Assembly (NCBI GenBank): GCA_051313645.2
Contig: JBNRSN020000001.1
Span: 379,750,001 to 379,814,000 of the forward strand
Direction of reading: 5' to 3'
Source: Centroscyllium fabricii
Taxonomy: Eukaryota
Length of the DNA stretch: 64,000 nt
Shown piece by piece: positions 50,245 through 64,000 of this stretch. The notes under the pieces were generated by a model. That model saw nothing but the letters and a program-made list of their open reading frames with translations, searched no databases and was not told where the DNA came from. Made by a program: the position numbers and the translations under genes. Numbering within the stretch: the stretch's first letter is position 1; each line of letters starts with the position of its first letter.

Positions 50245-50386
50245 TTTGTGGCCAGTATCATGTTCTTTCTGGAGTGCAGCTCGCTGGGGTCTGTGTGCTG
50301 TCTGTTCAGGAAGTCGGCTGCAGCTTTGGCAGGGAATTCTGTCTCACAGATATACCCAAAATCCCGGGCTAAATGCACGGCTTCAC
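50245..50386 (-). CDS. TFAP2B: TFAP2B coding exon (helix-span-helix), 142 bp
   Basis: Manual translation: (G)[46 protein letters not shown](K). Flanked by GCAG| and |GTGAGT; phases fit the neighbouring exons. Absent from the ORF track. Confidence 0.95.
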
Positions 50387-53083
50387 CTGCAAAGACAAAG
50401 CCAAAATCACCTCAATACATTGCTTTCACACAGAGACAGGTGTGCTTGCGTGCGCAACTGTTCAGCTACGTATTCCATTATCTGCGAACATATTTATAAG
50501 GAAGGGGAAATAAATGAAGACAAAGAGATAGAGTGGAGCCAAAACAATATTGATGCTGCAGTTACCAGCTCTTTTATCATTTGCATTTCGAAAGATTTTG
50601 CACACATTGTACTCCGCGTTGCCGGCTATTAGCATTAAGTGCCCCACTCGGGTAGGCTGTGTCTCTTCATGTACTATCCGTGCACCAGCTCCCAACAATC
50701 TGTGCAGGACCTCCTTTGAGAATCCAGGAGATACTCCAAACTAAGAACTAAAGCAGACTCCCAATAAGGTCTATTCTAACATCTAGTAAATGTAACATTG
50801 AGATGATATTATAAATAACCACATGTGAATATGCTAAGTGGCCCTGTCCCCTGTCGGTGGAAGGGGTAGTGAGAAAAAAATGGTTATTTGGGCTTAACAT
50901 TTTACACTATAGATACGTTTCCAATTTATAATGTTGCAGTGTTACGTGATTTACTTTGCAAGGAGGACGCATATTTAGAACCTGAAGCTTTTTATAGCGT
51001 GCGGGGGAAGAGCGGGAAAATGGGCTGACAGTACTAGCATCCGCACCGACGCAATGGGGCAATTTTGAAGCCGCCCACTCCCAGATTTAAATATTTAGCT
51101 TCCACTTAGTATATAAACATAGAACCCATAACTTGCACACACAGCTGGTTATCGATACAAAGTGGCTTATAACCACCGTGAGTGTATGTTGTCAAAATAA
51201 ACTTTGTAAGAATCAAAACTAAACGTTTGGATTAATTCGCTATTTTGCAAAATGGTGGCTGTGTTGTTACCTTTTGGTCTTGCATATTCAGTTATTAAAT
51301 CTAATTTAAATGTTGCTTACGTTACAGAGTTATGTGATGGATGGCTTATTCGTATCATAGCGGTTGCGGCGTTATTTACCTCGGGTAGAGAGAGATTTAA
51401 ATCTTTGCTGTGGGCAATCTAAATAAAATGCCCGTTGGGTCACATTTATTGCAAAGCAGTTGGCTGTTATGAAGGGGTTGACTATGGAACATTTATCGTT
51501 GAAAAGATAAATATTGTAATTAAACGAGGAACACCCCCCCCCCCCCCCCCAGGAGTTTCTAACTGAGTGCTACTTGCCAAAATAACAAACTGGAACAGTG
51601 AAGTGTGAGCTTTCAGAATGAGAGCAAGAAGAATAATTAGAATCTATCTATCTGTTTATCTGTCTGTCATACTGTATATGGGGTGATCGCCTATCCATCT
51701 GTCGGTATGAATGTGTTATACAAGGAGCGGTTATCTAACAGTCCCTACTAAATTCTTCACATAAAACACTGGGAAATTACGTGCTGTCTGTCATAAACAT
51801 TTAATAACATAAAGTAGCATTTTATTGTGTATGATAGCATTGCCAGATTTAACTAAATACTATGCAGTGTAAGTCCTTTCTACTGGAGACAATAAACTGC
51901 AATACAATAGGCAATTTATTTTACTACAGCACAAGGCGCTTTAAAGAATGCTGCCTTGTGCAAACATTGTCGATCAGCCAGGAACAGCTAAAAGGCTAAA
52001 TCCTCACAAGAACAATTTAGATTGCTGAAAACTGGTGCGTTCTCTCTTTCTCATACGGAGAGAGAGGGAGAGAGAGAGATTTTTTAAAACACAGTTTAAA
52101 CAGCATAAACCAGCTAGAAAATACCTATTCCCTACATAGCTATTGTGAGTGTGTATGTGTGTTTATTGAGAGCACCCTGCAGGGAGTTCCATGTCATCAA
52201 CCTTCCCCGCCTGATGCTGATGTTTCAGAGAAAGGCGAAGCCTGGGTAACACTACAAAGCCAAGCTCTGGGGGGATTCAAGTAGATAATGCCTCACCCCT
52301 CCAGCACTGAATCTTTTCAAACAAAGTACTTTACAGGCGATAGCTTAGACTGTGCACATGAAATTAACATTAGCACTTACGAATTCAACCAGATACTGTA
52401 CTGCTAATGATCAAACTAATTATTGTCTGATTTTTTTTAACGTTACACCCTTAATGAGGGTATTGTCATAAAATATATATTGATAAAGTGCAACTTTTCA
52501 ATTTCTGTTACATCTTGAAATTAAAAAAAATAGGAGAACTGAGTTTATTTAGCTCCCTAAAGTTAAATAGTCATTACCCGTGTAGGAACAATATTTTTTA
52601 TAGACATATGGGTAAATGGTAAATAGGTGAGTGTGCCAGAAGAGGTGGTAAACAGAAAAAGGCGAATAAATAGACGCCCTACATATCTATCATGCCAATT
52701 TTCCTATTACGCACCATTCAACAATATAATAGAAAAAATCAACAATACTCTGAAGATTGCACGAGATCATCGGCTCTGTGATTGTTTAAGAAAGGTGCTG
52801 GGTGTTGGGTGTTAGGTGTAAGTAAAATCCGACGACATGCTTGTTGAGAAAGGATAGGATCGCTCTACATAATCGTCCACAAACGAATAATAATGATTCT
52901 ACTAAATATGCTTTTCCTGACATGAATTTATGTGCTATGCAGGTCACCTGATGTACATCGGAAATATATCTGTCCCTGATGTAGATGCAGAGAGACAGAG
53001 ACAGAGGGAGATCACGAGTGAGAAATAACAGGTACTTTCAAAAAATCATAGCTGTGCGCAGAAACAGGAATAGATATATGGAA

Positions 53084-53084
<1 letters not shown>

Positions 53085-53110
<26 letters not shown>
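53085..53110. repeat. (GT)n microsatellite
   Basis: Visible dinucleotide run; a second run is at ~53835-53852. Confidence 0.9.
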
Positions 53111-53117
<7 letters not shown>

Positions 53118-53656
53118 TTATGTGGTAACTAACTTATTGAAAACGCTGTTACATATGAAAATTTGAATACAATTATAAATTATTCATGAAGGTTAGCTAA
53201 AACCCCTTACGGCCATGGGATAAATGTATTTGTAATATTTAGTATTATTATTTATGCACAACGTACGATATTGCTTTAATTACATAATTAAAGTTATAAT
53301 TTCTCTTGCAAGTTCAAATAAATGGTCTGCTTGAAAATGCCAAAAAATCGTGAAAGTAGTATAATTTTAATGTTTTAGTCACCAATTCTCTCAACTGTCT
53401 TTAGTACAATGAGCATTGTTACATATAAAAGCAATATATAGAAAAGAATGCAATGAAATTATATCCCTGTCAGCATGATATACACTTAATGATATTATAC
53501 AAATAATTGACAAATAATCTTCTTATCGTTATGTCCTTGTGCATACGATGGTTAGATAAAGTCGGTGTGAGTGGCGTTAATTTTGGGATAATCATGCCAT
53601 CAGGTTATCAATACAGTCAGAAGGGTTCCTTATGAAAAGTGTTCCCAAGTCTTTAC

Positions 53657-53775
53657 CTTCTACTAGTGAGGTTAGTAAAGTGACGTTCGCAGCTTTACGT
53701 CTGCCTGCGGGTAAATTTAATCCGATCTTCTCTAGCTTTTCTCTCAACGACCTTCCACCGTTTTTCGACTTGGCT
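53657..53775 (-). CDS. TFAP2B: TFAP2B coding exon (basic region), 119 bp
   Basis: (R)[39 protein letters not shown](G); flanked by TTTCAG| and |GTAAAG. Confidence 0.96.
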
Positions 53776-55254
53776 CTGAAAACAATGCACGGTACATTTT
53801 GAAACTCCGCAATACATGAAGTAGTCCTGTTTATGTGTGTGTGTGTGTGTGTGGTAGAACTCTTCAATCAAGAACTCTGCTCTTTAATATTATGCGACCA
53901 TAATATTTCATACGTTCCTTATTCTGGGAAAAAAACTCTTAAAAGGCGACTTTGCATACGAGGTTCCAGCGGAAGTTTATAATAATGCCCATGGGCCAAG
54001 TCATTATTTCTTAAAGATGCAGTTGTACTACTACTTTCATATTAATGGGGAGCTGTTTTGGATGAGTATGAACCCGAAAGTGGCAGTATAATTGGGGAGT
54101 CAAGTCCCAAGGTAAACCCAGTACTCTAACGCCAGGAAGTGTGATATCATCCTACAGGCGACTGTCTCACACCAGCGTTGAGTTCACACGAGGTGCAGCA
54201 GGACGCCAGGTCAATGCAAGGCTGCATTATAAAATACTGAAGTGAGGCATTGAACAATCTGGGCGCTTAATACACTTACGCACCTATGATTTTAATTTTA
54301 GAAGAGGATTTTTTATCTTACTCTCCTCAAATTAAAATTGAGCCAGTCAGTACACAAAGCTCTTTTGTGGTTGACCTTAGTCAAGAGGTACAGTTGGCAG
54401 GCAGTATAGCCCCCAGTGCATCAACTGCCTACTCCACAGATACCGGGCTAGCACTGGTAGCTTCAATATAACTAACGGCAGCCCACGGGTACAGTTATAG
54501 ATACAGCTATGCTGCTACTTTTGCTTTTGAGTGCCCATTGAAGTGAAAGTGGCAATGTCCTGGAGTGAGGTTCTCCAGGGCACTGAAGCCAGGCGGTGCG
54601 GGACCACTTCTAAAAGATAGTCTCACAGCACTTTACCTTTCTACTGGGTCACTATCATTCCAGCAATGTGAAACTACAGTTTTAAAAATATCCAGACTGT
54701 TCATCGGCCCTCCTGGGAACTTTAAAACGTTTAAATGGAATAGTTTTAATGTTATGAAATGTCTGTATATTGGGTAACGTTAGTTTCAATCTTCTTAATA
54801 TGGCGACGAAACGAATATTCCGGCCAGTGCCCTCACATTAAAAAGCGAAGCACAGCCTGCGTTCAAACACCCATACATACAGATATTTTATGAACAAGCC
54901 CAGTGCAAGATACATATACCAGTTTCAGGCCGGTAGGTGTGGTATAACTGCATTCTTACATACCCACCGGCTTCCGAATTTGCGTTTTAATGGTTATTAA
55001 TATTATACTCTGAATTCCTGAGTGACAAACAAACAGAAGAATGGATATAGAAATATTAATTGAAATATTGTGCTATGAAGAAAAGTATGTGCGATTCACA
55101 TATGTCTGTATAATGTTGATAGATGGATCGATGGACGGGGGTTGGGGGTACCGGTAAAGACACTTTCAACTCTAGCTTTAGTCACACGTTATAGTTCTGT
55201 AGGTTTCCATATTGATTTATTTTGAAAGGTTGGTTTCCTGTGTTTGTGACCTAC

Positions 55255-55471
55255 CTTCTCAGCACTCCCCCCAACAATGACGCGTTCAGACACTCTGGTG
55301 GGGACAGGCGCCTCTGGACTTCTCCCACAGTCACCTTGTACTTGGACGTGGAGCTAAGCAGAGACAGGCGTCCTGGCACCGAACAGAATACCTCGTTATG
55401 GTTCGCGATTCCACCTAGTAGATTGTCTTTATTCATCGTCAGAGACGTGATATTCTTATGAGGAAGTGGGA
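55255..55471 (-). CDS. TFAP2B: TFAP2B coding exon (start of DNA-binding domain), 217 bp
   Basis: (V)[15 protein letters not shown]...[46 protein letters not shown](R); flanked by TTTCAG| and |GTAGGT. Confidence 0.96.
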
Positions 55472-58400
55472 CTGAAAGCAAAGGACACAACACCAGAAGT
55501 CAGCACTGCGTCACTATAAGTACAGATACAATCTGAAACGAAATATAGAACCTTTGACGTTTTACACAGAAGGCCATTCGGTCCATCGGGTCTGTATCGG
55601 CTCCGTTGGAACATTTTTCAGCGGACACATTTTTTGTACAATTCGCCCATAGGATGCACTGCACAGAGAGGTGGAGCTAATAGGTTTTATGGGGAGGGCA
55701 GCTGCGCTTCATTAATAAACTGGAAATTTGAAAAGTATATCAGTGTTTTATGGAATGATCTCTTGCATCTCACAAAAAACAAAAACACGTGTTTTGGGGA
55801 AGTGTGCACTGGTGCTAGATCTGGTGCCTCGATCGCGGTTTATCAACGTTAAATTCTACACAAACTCTTTGACGCTTAGACGGGGATAATACTTTTTGAA
55901 AAAAATCGTGTATCGTAGGGAACTACGCGTTTCCAAATTGGAAAACAAAATCTTACAAAACAATAAGTGCGTTCTTGAGAGTAATGTAAAGGAGCGATGC
56001 CTACTGAAAGTCTGCACTATATTTCTCCCCGAATATTTGTCAAGTTCAGATGCTTTCAAAAGAGTTAGCTGCTCAGAGTCTTCAGCTACTGCAACGACTG
56101 GAATTGAATTGGCTGCACAAAAAAAATATTTACCCAAGGTTCATTTGAAATGTATTATTAATTATAGCTGACTACGGCAGATGTTGACCTCCCATGTGTA
56201 TTATTTCTGGAACTTAAGAATTAACCGAAGCAAAAGGAGAAAATAATAGTGATTTTATTAGTAGTATTGGTACCAACAAGATAATTGTGGCCATGTGATC
56301 GTTTCCAATGTAGAATAAATTGCTACACCAGCCCACTAGCACAAGCTAATGGGTAAAAACTGAACAAAATACTTCAATGTCCCCTGCCTTATCTCATTAA
56401 TCCATTCTCAGGATATTTTGTTGTCGATCAACAATATCTATGGGCCAATAATTCACAATTCCACGTTAATGGGAGTATGGTATAGTTTGCTCTGACTTTA
56501 TTCGCAATATTAAAAATTGTTGATTCAGAGTTACTTTAATTGCGCCTTATTTCATTTTGCAGGTTTAGAAAGTTCCTTTTGCGTCTACCGTCCAGCGGTC
56601 CTACGTGATGTATAAATCCTCAATTTTCCAATTTAGGGAAGTGTGCCATTTTGTCCAAAAGATATTTACTTTCGGAATTTGCGGCTTATATTATTCAAGC
56701 AGCAAACGAGGAAAACACAGCAGCCAGTGCCAACTATGGTCATGGTCCTTCAACCTGCGTTAAATCGCTCACTTGTTGATTGGATTAGAGAAATCTTCGC
56801 CATCAGATCCCTTCTAAAGGATACAATTAATTATAATTAGTTTCGAAGTTAGTTATTTCTTTGCCCACCCTCCCTGGTATATAGTTTTAATGAAATGCTG
56901 GTGAAACTGGGTTGGTAGAGTTACTGCAGCCCCGCAGTACAAGGAAGCTGAATTTAACTAGCCAACTGAAAGCGAAACCTCACGGTGTCAGCAGTGGTGT
57001 TGGTAACTCAGCACTCTCACATTACAGTGAGGTTCGCTCATTCCTTGGGGAGCCTTTCCCCAATGATGCCATCAGCGTTCACTGTTTAACAAAAAGCGAT
57101 TTGTCGAGCAAATGCCACGGAATGAGATCGTAAAGAAAAAAACGTTTAAAAATAGTGATTTCAATAACTGATTTTTTTAAAATCCTCTCTTTATATTTAC
57201 CGTATATATTGCCGCCTGCAAATCACCCAAATAAATGCGTTAGTTTGAGAATTGAAAATATAACAGCAAACTTGCATTTTTTCTATACTTGGCCACATAA
57301 CTATGCTTTATGTCTTAATTAACATAAAGCAAACTGCTTCTAATTCCCCTCCGAATCCGCAGTTCCCACGCTCGGGCCAAGTATTCATTTCTACTTCAGG
57401 TAAAGTTTTTTTGTAACAAGCTGGCGAGTGCTACCCGGTCGCTTCCAAACAGATCTGTAAGCGTTTTGATGAAACCCAGATGGGCTCGAAAGCCGTTTCT
57501 GTTTCCAAATAATGTTGAGATCTGGCTTGTGAACTAGAAATGGTGTCACTAACACATTTGTAAGCAGTTGATTATCCGCCAGTTCAGAATAAAACCATCG
57601 GCTTTTGTTTCATCTGTTTGAATTCAGCCCTGCTAACTGTGTTTGAATGGGCATTATCCAGTCCCACTCGGTTTATTACTAGAATTGGGGGGGGGGGGGG
57701 GGGGGGGACACTAATTCCTATTTGGCTTCTGCGCCAACTGCTATTTTATTTGAGGGACAATGTAACTCGACAAGTTTGAACTTTTAGACAAGATGATGAA
57801 ATATCTGCGGCTGCCATTTCGGTGCGGTTCACGTTTGTGTTGATCCACCTTAAAAATACGATCAACACGTTGTCCGTGTTGCAGATATTTATTGTTAAAT
57901 CTCACTCATTTCAATCCGATTGCAGAGTTGCAATGATGCAGGTTACACATCCACCCATGTGTCAACGTGTTAGGTCCCCCATTATGAATTTACTTTAACC
58001 CGTCCTCCTCCCCTCGTCACATGAAGGGGCTGCATTTACATCGTGTCGGTGAACCCCGGCACAGAAAATCGGCCTCGTTAAATATCATTCGCCCGTCTTT
58101 TATTTTCTCGTGTGATACAAAATGTATAAAAACTGTTAACGAGAGAAAGGTACATGAAAGTTGACAAATTAAATGCAAACTACATAATAGCATTGGCCAC
58201 TGGTGGAAGACGTGTATTATAGTGGAAACCCACTGCATTTGCTATATTATTCCGTTTGCTGTGTGTCCCAAAAATAATTAATATGATTATCATAATTCCC
58301 TGTATGATTCCTCCACAGTGCGTATACCTTTCGCTATAAAGAAGACGACGTCATGTTAAAATTCGACTTAAAACATACATGCTAGTGGATCTGAATGTCC

Positions 58401-59924
58401 TAGTGGCAACTGCCTCTATAGGTCTGCAGAATGTCCTGAATCTCTCAGATGTTTTCCAAGTTTGCTAAAAATTCATTGCCGAGCATAGCTGCTGTCATTT
58501 AAACTCGCTGCAGTCATTTAAACAGCTCTGAACCTCTTAAAAAAGACATCTTACTTCAGCTAACACTTTAACATTGGCATTTATATACGCATGCTAGTAA
58601 TACTGCTCCTAGCGAGTTATTCCAGTATTAGAAGTGAAAAGTATTGCCCACAATCTGAACTTCCAAATTGGTGCAGATTCTGACAGATACAAGGCTGATG
58701 GCTTACTGAGCGATTCTACTCTAAGTTGCAATATCCCGCAAACACGAGCCATGCAAATACTTGGGAAAATAAATATTCATTAATTGGACAGTAAATATGC
58801 CCACATCAGATATGAATATGAATCTCCAACCCAAGCAATCTGTCCGCCCATCTGACTGTCTAGATCTTGTCATTTTTATTTTTCCACGAAATAAATGATT
58901 GCTACTTGATCAATAAACACCCAAGTATAGAAATTGTCATGTTCTAAACACCATCGTTAACGTACTGAAATGAATTATAAACCACTGTAGCATTGGCTCA
59001 GTTAAGTGTTTTCAATCATATTTATTAAAGTCTTGTAATATCACTTTGCTAATTTAGTTCTGGAATATCTCTAAGGCATATTCTCACGTTAATTTCTCTT
59101 ACAGATCATCAATATGGAAAACAATACTTGCTTCATTTGTTAATAATTATGAACAGATTGTGCTTTGAAACGTAATTCTGCAACGAACTTGATAGCGTTC
59201 AAACGACTAGAGGAAATCGCAAACCAATGGACCGTGACAAAAACGCAGCTTGAAGCCTTCAATTCTTTACGTGTTCAGAATGTTCAGCCCGTACTTCTTC
59301 GTAATGCAATGTGTAAATATGTTGCAAGTATATATGCAATCGTTATGCACGTTAATGTAATAATAATAACCACCAATGGTTGCACATTTAATATAGCAAA
59401 GGCGCTAACTTAACCCGTGCATAATTCTAACTACAAACAACACAAAATGCCAAGGCATTGGCTTCTATTTATTAGCAATCCTAATTCAGATATATCTCGT
59501 CAGTAATTATCAGGAGCTGCCCTTGTACATTCTAGATAAACAGAACCTATTCCATAGCTATTAATCAGAAATGCGCGGTGTCTACTGCATATGTTAGTGT
59601 TAATATAAAATCTTATGTATATAGATACATATCTTGAGATAAACCGTGTGTATATATTTACACATAACTGCTTTTGAGTCTAATTTGTTCAATGCAATAG
59701 CAACAGAGCATATGGATGTCTGGCAATGGGGACGCATATGCAGCTATTGAATATACTAACATTAAACGTTACAAAATATATAGATAAAAGTTTTAAGCTT
59801 CTCCATTTTGTACAGAGATGCAATGTGGATTGTAATATTATGAATATAAAATGCAGTATCCATAATCATTCATCTGCCAACTTTTCGACATAGATAAGTC
59901 GGCAGGTGAATGGCCATAGGTACT

Positions 59925-60348
59925 GAGTTTAGGTCATAGGTTCAAAACTAAATTCTAAATCATTAGGAAAAGATCTAGAGGGGAGATGAGGAGAATTTTT
60001 TCACTCAGAGAGTTGTCAGGATCTGGAATGCTCTACCTGAAAAGATGTTGAAGCTGGTTCCATAAATAATGTTAAAAGGGAGTTGGACAGGTACTTGATG
60101 CAGGCTCGATAGGGATCGAGGGATATGGGGAGAGGGCAGGGGCGGGGTACTGGGTTTGGATGATCAGCCATGATCTCATTGAATGGCGGAGCAGGCTTGA
60201 AGGGCCGAATGGCCTACTCCTGCTCCCAGTTTCTAAGTTTTTTTTTAGGATGAGCAACTTTCAGGGTTACGGACAAACAGCGGGGATGTGGGACTAAGTA
60301 TGACGGGCCGAGTGGCTCCTTCCATGCTTTAATTTTCTATGATTCTAT
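59925..60348 (+). mobile_element. Intronic CR1 3' fragments, one tail nested in another
   Basis: GAGATGAGGAGAATTTTTCACTCAGAG...TGGAATGCTCTACCTG followed by two successive GGGCCGAATGG-type tails. Confidence 0.75.
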
Positions 60349-62539
60349 CTATATGCCCATTAGACCAAATGTAAAAATATGCAAGTATTTCAATCATTGC
60401 AAAAGTTATTATATGGTATGAAGTGTCCACAAAGATAAACAAATATAAAAATGTTTCACGATTCTTTTTGTGAGGACTATCTCACACTGATTTGCTTGAT
60501 TTTAACCGGCATCGCCATTATCACATTATTGATTGTTCATTGACCAGGCCCTCCAAATCATATTTGCCTCCCTCTGTCAATCTATATTAGCAGAAACCTT
60601 TAAAACACCTTCCATTATCTTCACATTGAAATCAAGAGTGCGTTTTAATGTTAGCTGTAATGTCTCTGCCCAGACAGGAGCCACGGTCCCTGAGTACTGT
60701 ATTAATAGCTCAACAGGGGCTAATACGGAAAATTAGACTTAAACGAGCTCTAGAGATCCCTAAATGAAAGCGTCATTTATCACGCTGGCTACTTTAACTC
60801 TCCTCGTTTGCTCTCTCTTCTGGGACCAACTCATTTCCTGTTAAGTAAATTACCTTAAAAAGTGCCAGGCAGCTATTCCCACACAAAATACGACACAGTG
60901 ACTCTTGACCATCTCGTTAACCCCACTTTGGAAACGCAGCCATTCTATATTTTACAATTAAGTATTAGCTGCCCCCTTTTCTCGGTTGGCCTGCACTGTA
61001 TTTAATCCTTGAAAATGGAATCACCCAGATCCCTGCAATGAAATGTCTCGAATTTGTTTGAAGGATAGAAATACATTATTACAGGGATATACAACGATAA
61101 CAATAATATTTGGATAACAAATATGTAAGTATTAAGCAAACTAAATAATATGTGCGGGTAATTTCTAATGTCGACTTAAAATGCATCGTTGCAGTATCTC
61201 GGTGCGGCTTGTTTGAGAACCATCGTGGCGATCTTTACACATTCTGTCCCTGGTGTTAAATTCCTCTAAGGACTATATTTTACAGCTATGTAATCTAATG
61301 TTGCCCAATATTTGCAACAGCTCTCTTTTCAATTAGTTACAGGTGCAGTTTTTGTCTGTCTTATTTTTTTTTAATCTCAAAAGCGTTCATTTGCTATTGT
61401 GAACTGTTATTCACATCAATATATTTGTGAGCGCAAAGCTGATTACGGAAATCAACTTAACTCAAAGTTATTAATGTGAAATACTTTCAGTATTTACGTA
61501 TCTATTTGCATCAAGTTTCGAGCTTGTAGTTTGCACACAACTGAGCATCTGTCTTATTAACTCCAAAACACAGTGGGACCATTTTCTACATTGTAGCCAT
61601 AATTTTAGGAATGACTATACGCCTAAAGCAGTGTCAGACACGTGTTTAATTTGAGCTGAAGTTCTCACGAAGCTCCTACATATCCTATCATTACAGAAGA
61701 TCACTGTTAAGGTAGTGCCAACTACAGAAAGGGAATCAGGTGACCATACCCAATATATAAGGGTAGCCCCCCCGCCCCCCACCCCGCCACAATATAATGT
61801 ACATAAACATTTGCAAAGCTGCAAGACGGGCTTCCGAGCAATTTTAAACATAACGCGTCTGCAGTTTCAGTAATTAGAATGAAATTTTGACCTTTGTCAA
61901 CTTAAACGTGAGAATGCAGTTTTGAACGACATGCGTAAGTTTAACAAGCATTTAAAATGTATAAATAGCAACTGGCCAAAAAAAATCTGCACAATTATGC
62001 TGAAGAGATCCGACCAAAGTCTGCCTTGCGCACGCGCAGTGTACAGGAACCGGGAGTCGGCGGAGGTGAGGGTGGTGCCAACGCAAAAGGACCTGATGTC
62101 CTCACGTTGAGCAAACTTGAGTTTTACAAAATTGTTGCAATTTTGAGTGTTTTCTGCAACAGTTCCATTTCGCAGTTAAGATTTTTCATCGTTTCATTTA
62201 AGCTATTGACATTGCGGAGAGTGGTATTTTACACGTGTGCACTTACTGATTTTGTTTGACATCTTGGCTTTTACAAGCACTTTAATCAGCACGCTTACTA
62301 AACATGTAACTGCTCACGGTCTTATTAGTAGTGGATGGGAAATTGTCTACACGTGTAACGTTTGCTCCTGTCTATTTTCTTCATAGGCACACATCAACAT
62401 CCCAAACAAAGTTTTACATGTTGCCAGCTGAACATGGAAAAGATCTTACTTTACTAGCTCACTATAACAATCCTGCAAATTATTATAGTTTGATAGACAC
62501 AGTCATACTGAAACACTTAGCTGTTTTTCAACTGCTATA

Positions 62540-63600
62540 TAGAACTATAGACGTTTATGGCACAGAAGGAGGCCATTTAGCCCATCGCATTTCAGCTGAT
62601 TTTTGCAAGAGTAATGCAAAAACTAATCTCACTGCCCCCTTTTCTCCCATAGCCCTGCATGTCCCTCTGCATTGAACATTCGTCCAATTTCCCCTTAAAA
62701 GATGCAGTGGCCTCTGCCTTAACCACTTCCTGTAGCAAAGGCTTCCATTCTCTAAGAATCATCTGTAGCAAACCATTACCCCGGCCTCTCCCCTCACACT
62801 CTTACTGACAATTTAAAATTGACGACCCCTCATCACTGAATCCCAACCCAGAGAAAATAATCTTTCCCTACTCACACAATCAAAATTCTTCATAATTATT
62901 TTTTTTTAAAACCGCAGTGAATTTTCTCTTAGCTTTCTCTGATCCAGTAAAAAACATTGTCCTCTGTGAATAATTTCCATGAGGTTTCTCGTGATTGCCT
63001 ACTGCAACTTTGGTGGAATATTGCCTAAACCATTGAGAAATGGTATAAACAGTCATTTGCACTGTTTCTACAAAGTTTCTGCTGATCTTCTGCCAAAGTA
63101 TTGGCGTGAGAACCCCTGCAGATATGCAACCGTCCCCACAATATCACAAGTTTCCCCTGGTAACTGTCCTTTCCCATCCCAGGCATCCTCCCAGTGGAAC
63201 CAGGCTGTACACTTTCTATAGCATTAATACCCTTTCTATAATGGAGCATGCATATCTACACAATGTACTATGGCCTAACCAATGTTTTCATGACTTCATC
63301 ATTACTTCTTCACTCTATTATACGCATCTATTGATAAAGCCCAGCATTCCATTGGTGTTGTATGGCTTATCCACCAGCACTGGCACCTTCAGGGAATTAT
63401 GTATTCGAACTCCTAGGTCTCTGTCTTCATCTGTATCTTTTCACTAAGTGCATAATCCCATTTCCTTGGTTACCCTCCCATTTTGCATTGCCTCATGCTT
63501 ATTCACTTCAAATTGCATCTGACATCTGTTTGCTATTCTTCTGTATTATCTACGTCTCCTTTGCTAAACCTTCTACTTTTGTGCCATCAGCAAGTTTTGA
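62540..63600 (-). mobile_element. Decayed intronic CR1 fragments
   Basis: Tail ATAGAA...GGCCATTTAGCCCATC at ~62540 and degenerate RT sequence similar to 33150-33600. Confidence 0.6.
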
Positions 63601-64000
63601 GATTGTGTCTTAGAAACTGGACTGCATTGGACCCATTTTATGGGTGGCAAATGGGTACATTGAGGGCCATTTATGGGGTCAACCCCAAGGTCACCTGAAA
63701 GACGTGCAACCAGACATTGGGTAAGGCCATTGTTGAGGTGTTCAGGGTGGCTGCCTAAACCAGACAGTAGGTACCTTGCATATGCTAATGAGGAGGCTAA
63801 CATCTATTTCAGGACCCCTCTGGGAAATTGGGCTGCCTTGAACAGGCAGCTGCTGGGCCTCTTCTGCTGAGGTTTTGCTGGCGTGGATGTGGCCCTGCAG
63901 GTGGTAGACACTAATAAGGTAAATACATTTTCTTTCAAATTTGATATGGAGCAAGGAGGAGCAGGTGTGCTCCTGAGGGATGCTGTGATCAGCTTCCTTC

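Noticed and set aside
46092-55471. Assignment as TFAP2A, C, D or E
   Set aside because: VTVGEV together with TSLx[20 protein letters not shown] and the [13 protein letters not shown] tail fit AP-2 beta best.
55472-64000. Upstream TFAP2B exons, e.g. the short exon ending DQSVIKK
   Set aside because: No convincing match with splice sites was found by eye; the LLDQ-like text near 62940 is within a decayed LINE. These exons are probably outside the window.

Overview
Eukaryotic, vertebrate DNA, most likely from a shark or ray: it carries HE1-type V-SINEs, a Deu-domain SINE, CR1/L2 LINEs and Penelope-type repeats. The only host gene is TFAP2B (AP-2 beta) on the minus strand. Its last four coding exons are at 55471-55255, 53775-53657, 50386-50245 and 46389-46092, all GT-AG and phase-consistent; the earlier exons were not found and probably lie beyond 64000. 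The ~43 kb downstream of the gene is dense with nested transposons. (1) A decayed CsRn1-clade Ty3/Gypsy element (331-9247, minus) has a younger CsRn1-clade element inserted in its RT (3214-7665, plus). (2) An internally deleted Gypsy (16824-19340) has a primer-binding position that is perfectly complementary to its own LTR rather than to a tRNA, and its 3' LTR holds a solo LTR related to the young family. (3) A Penelope insertion forms a ~300-bp inverted repeat with hammerhead cores. (4) A single-ORF LINE starts with a tRNA-like Pol III head. (5) Several CR1 LINEs, SINEs and TIR-bounded MITEs are present, two with GATC-rich internal minisatellites. All coordinates and counts were read by eye; no database searches were run.
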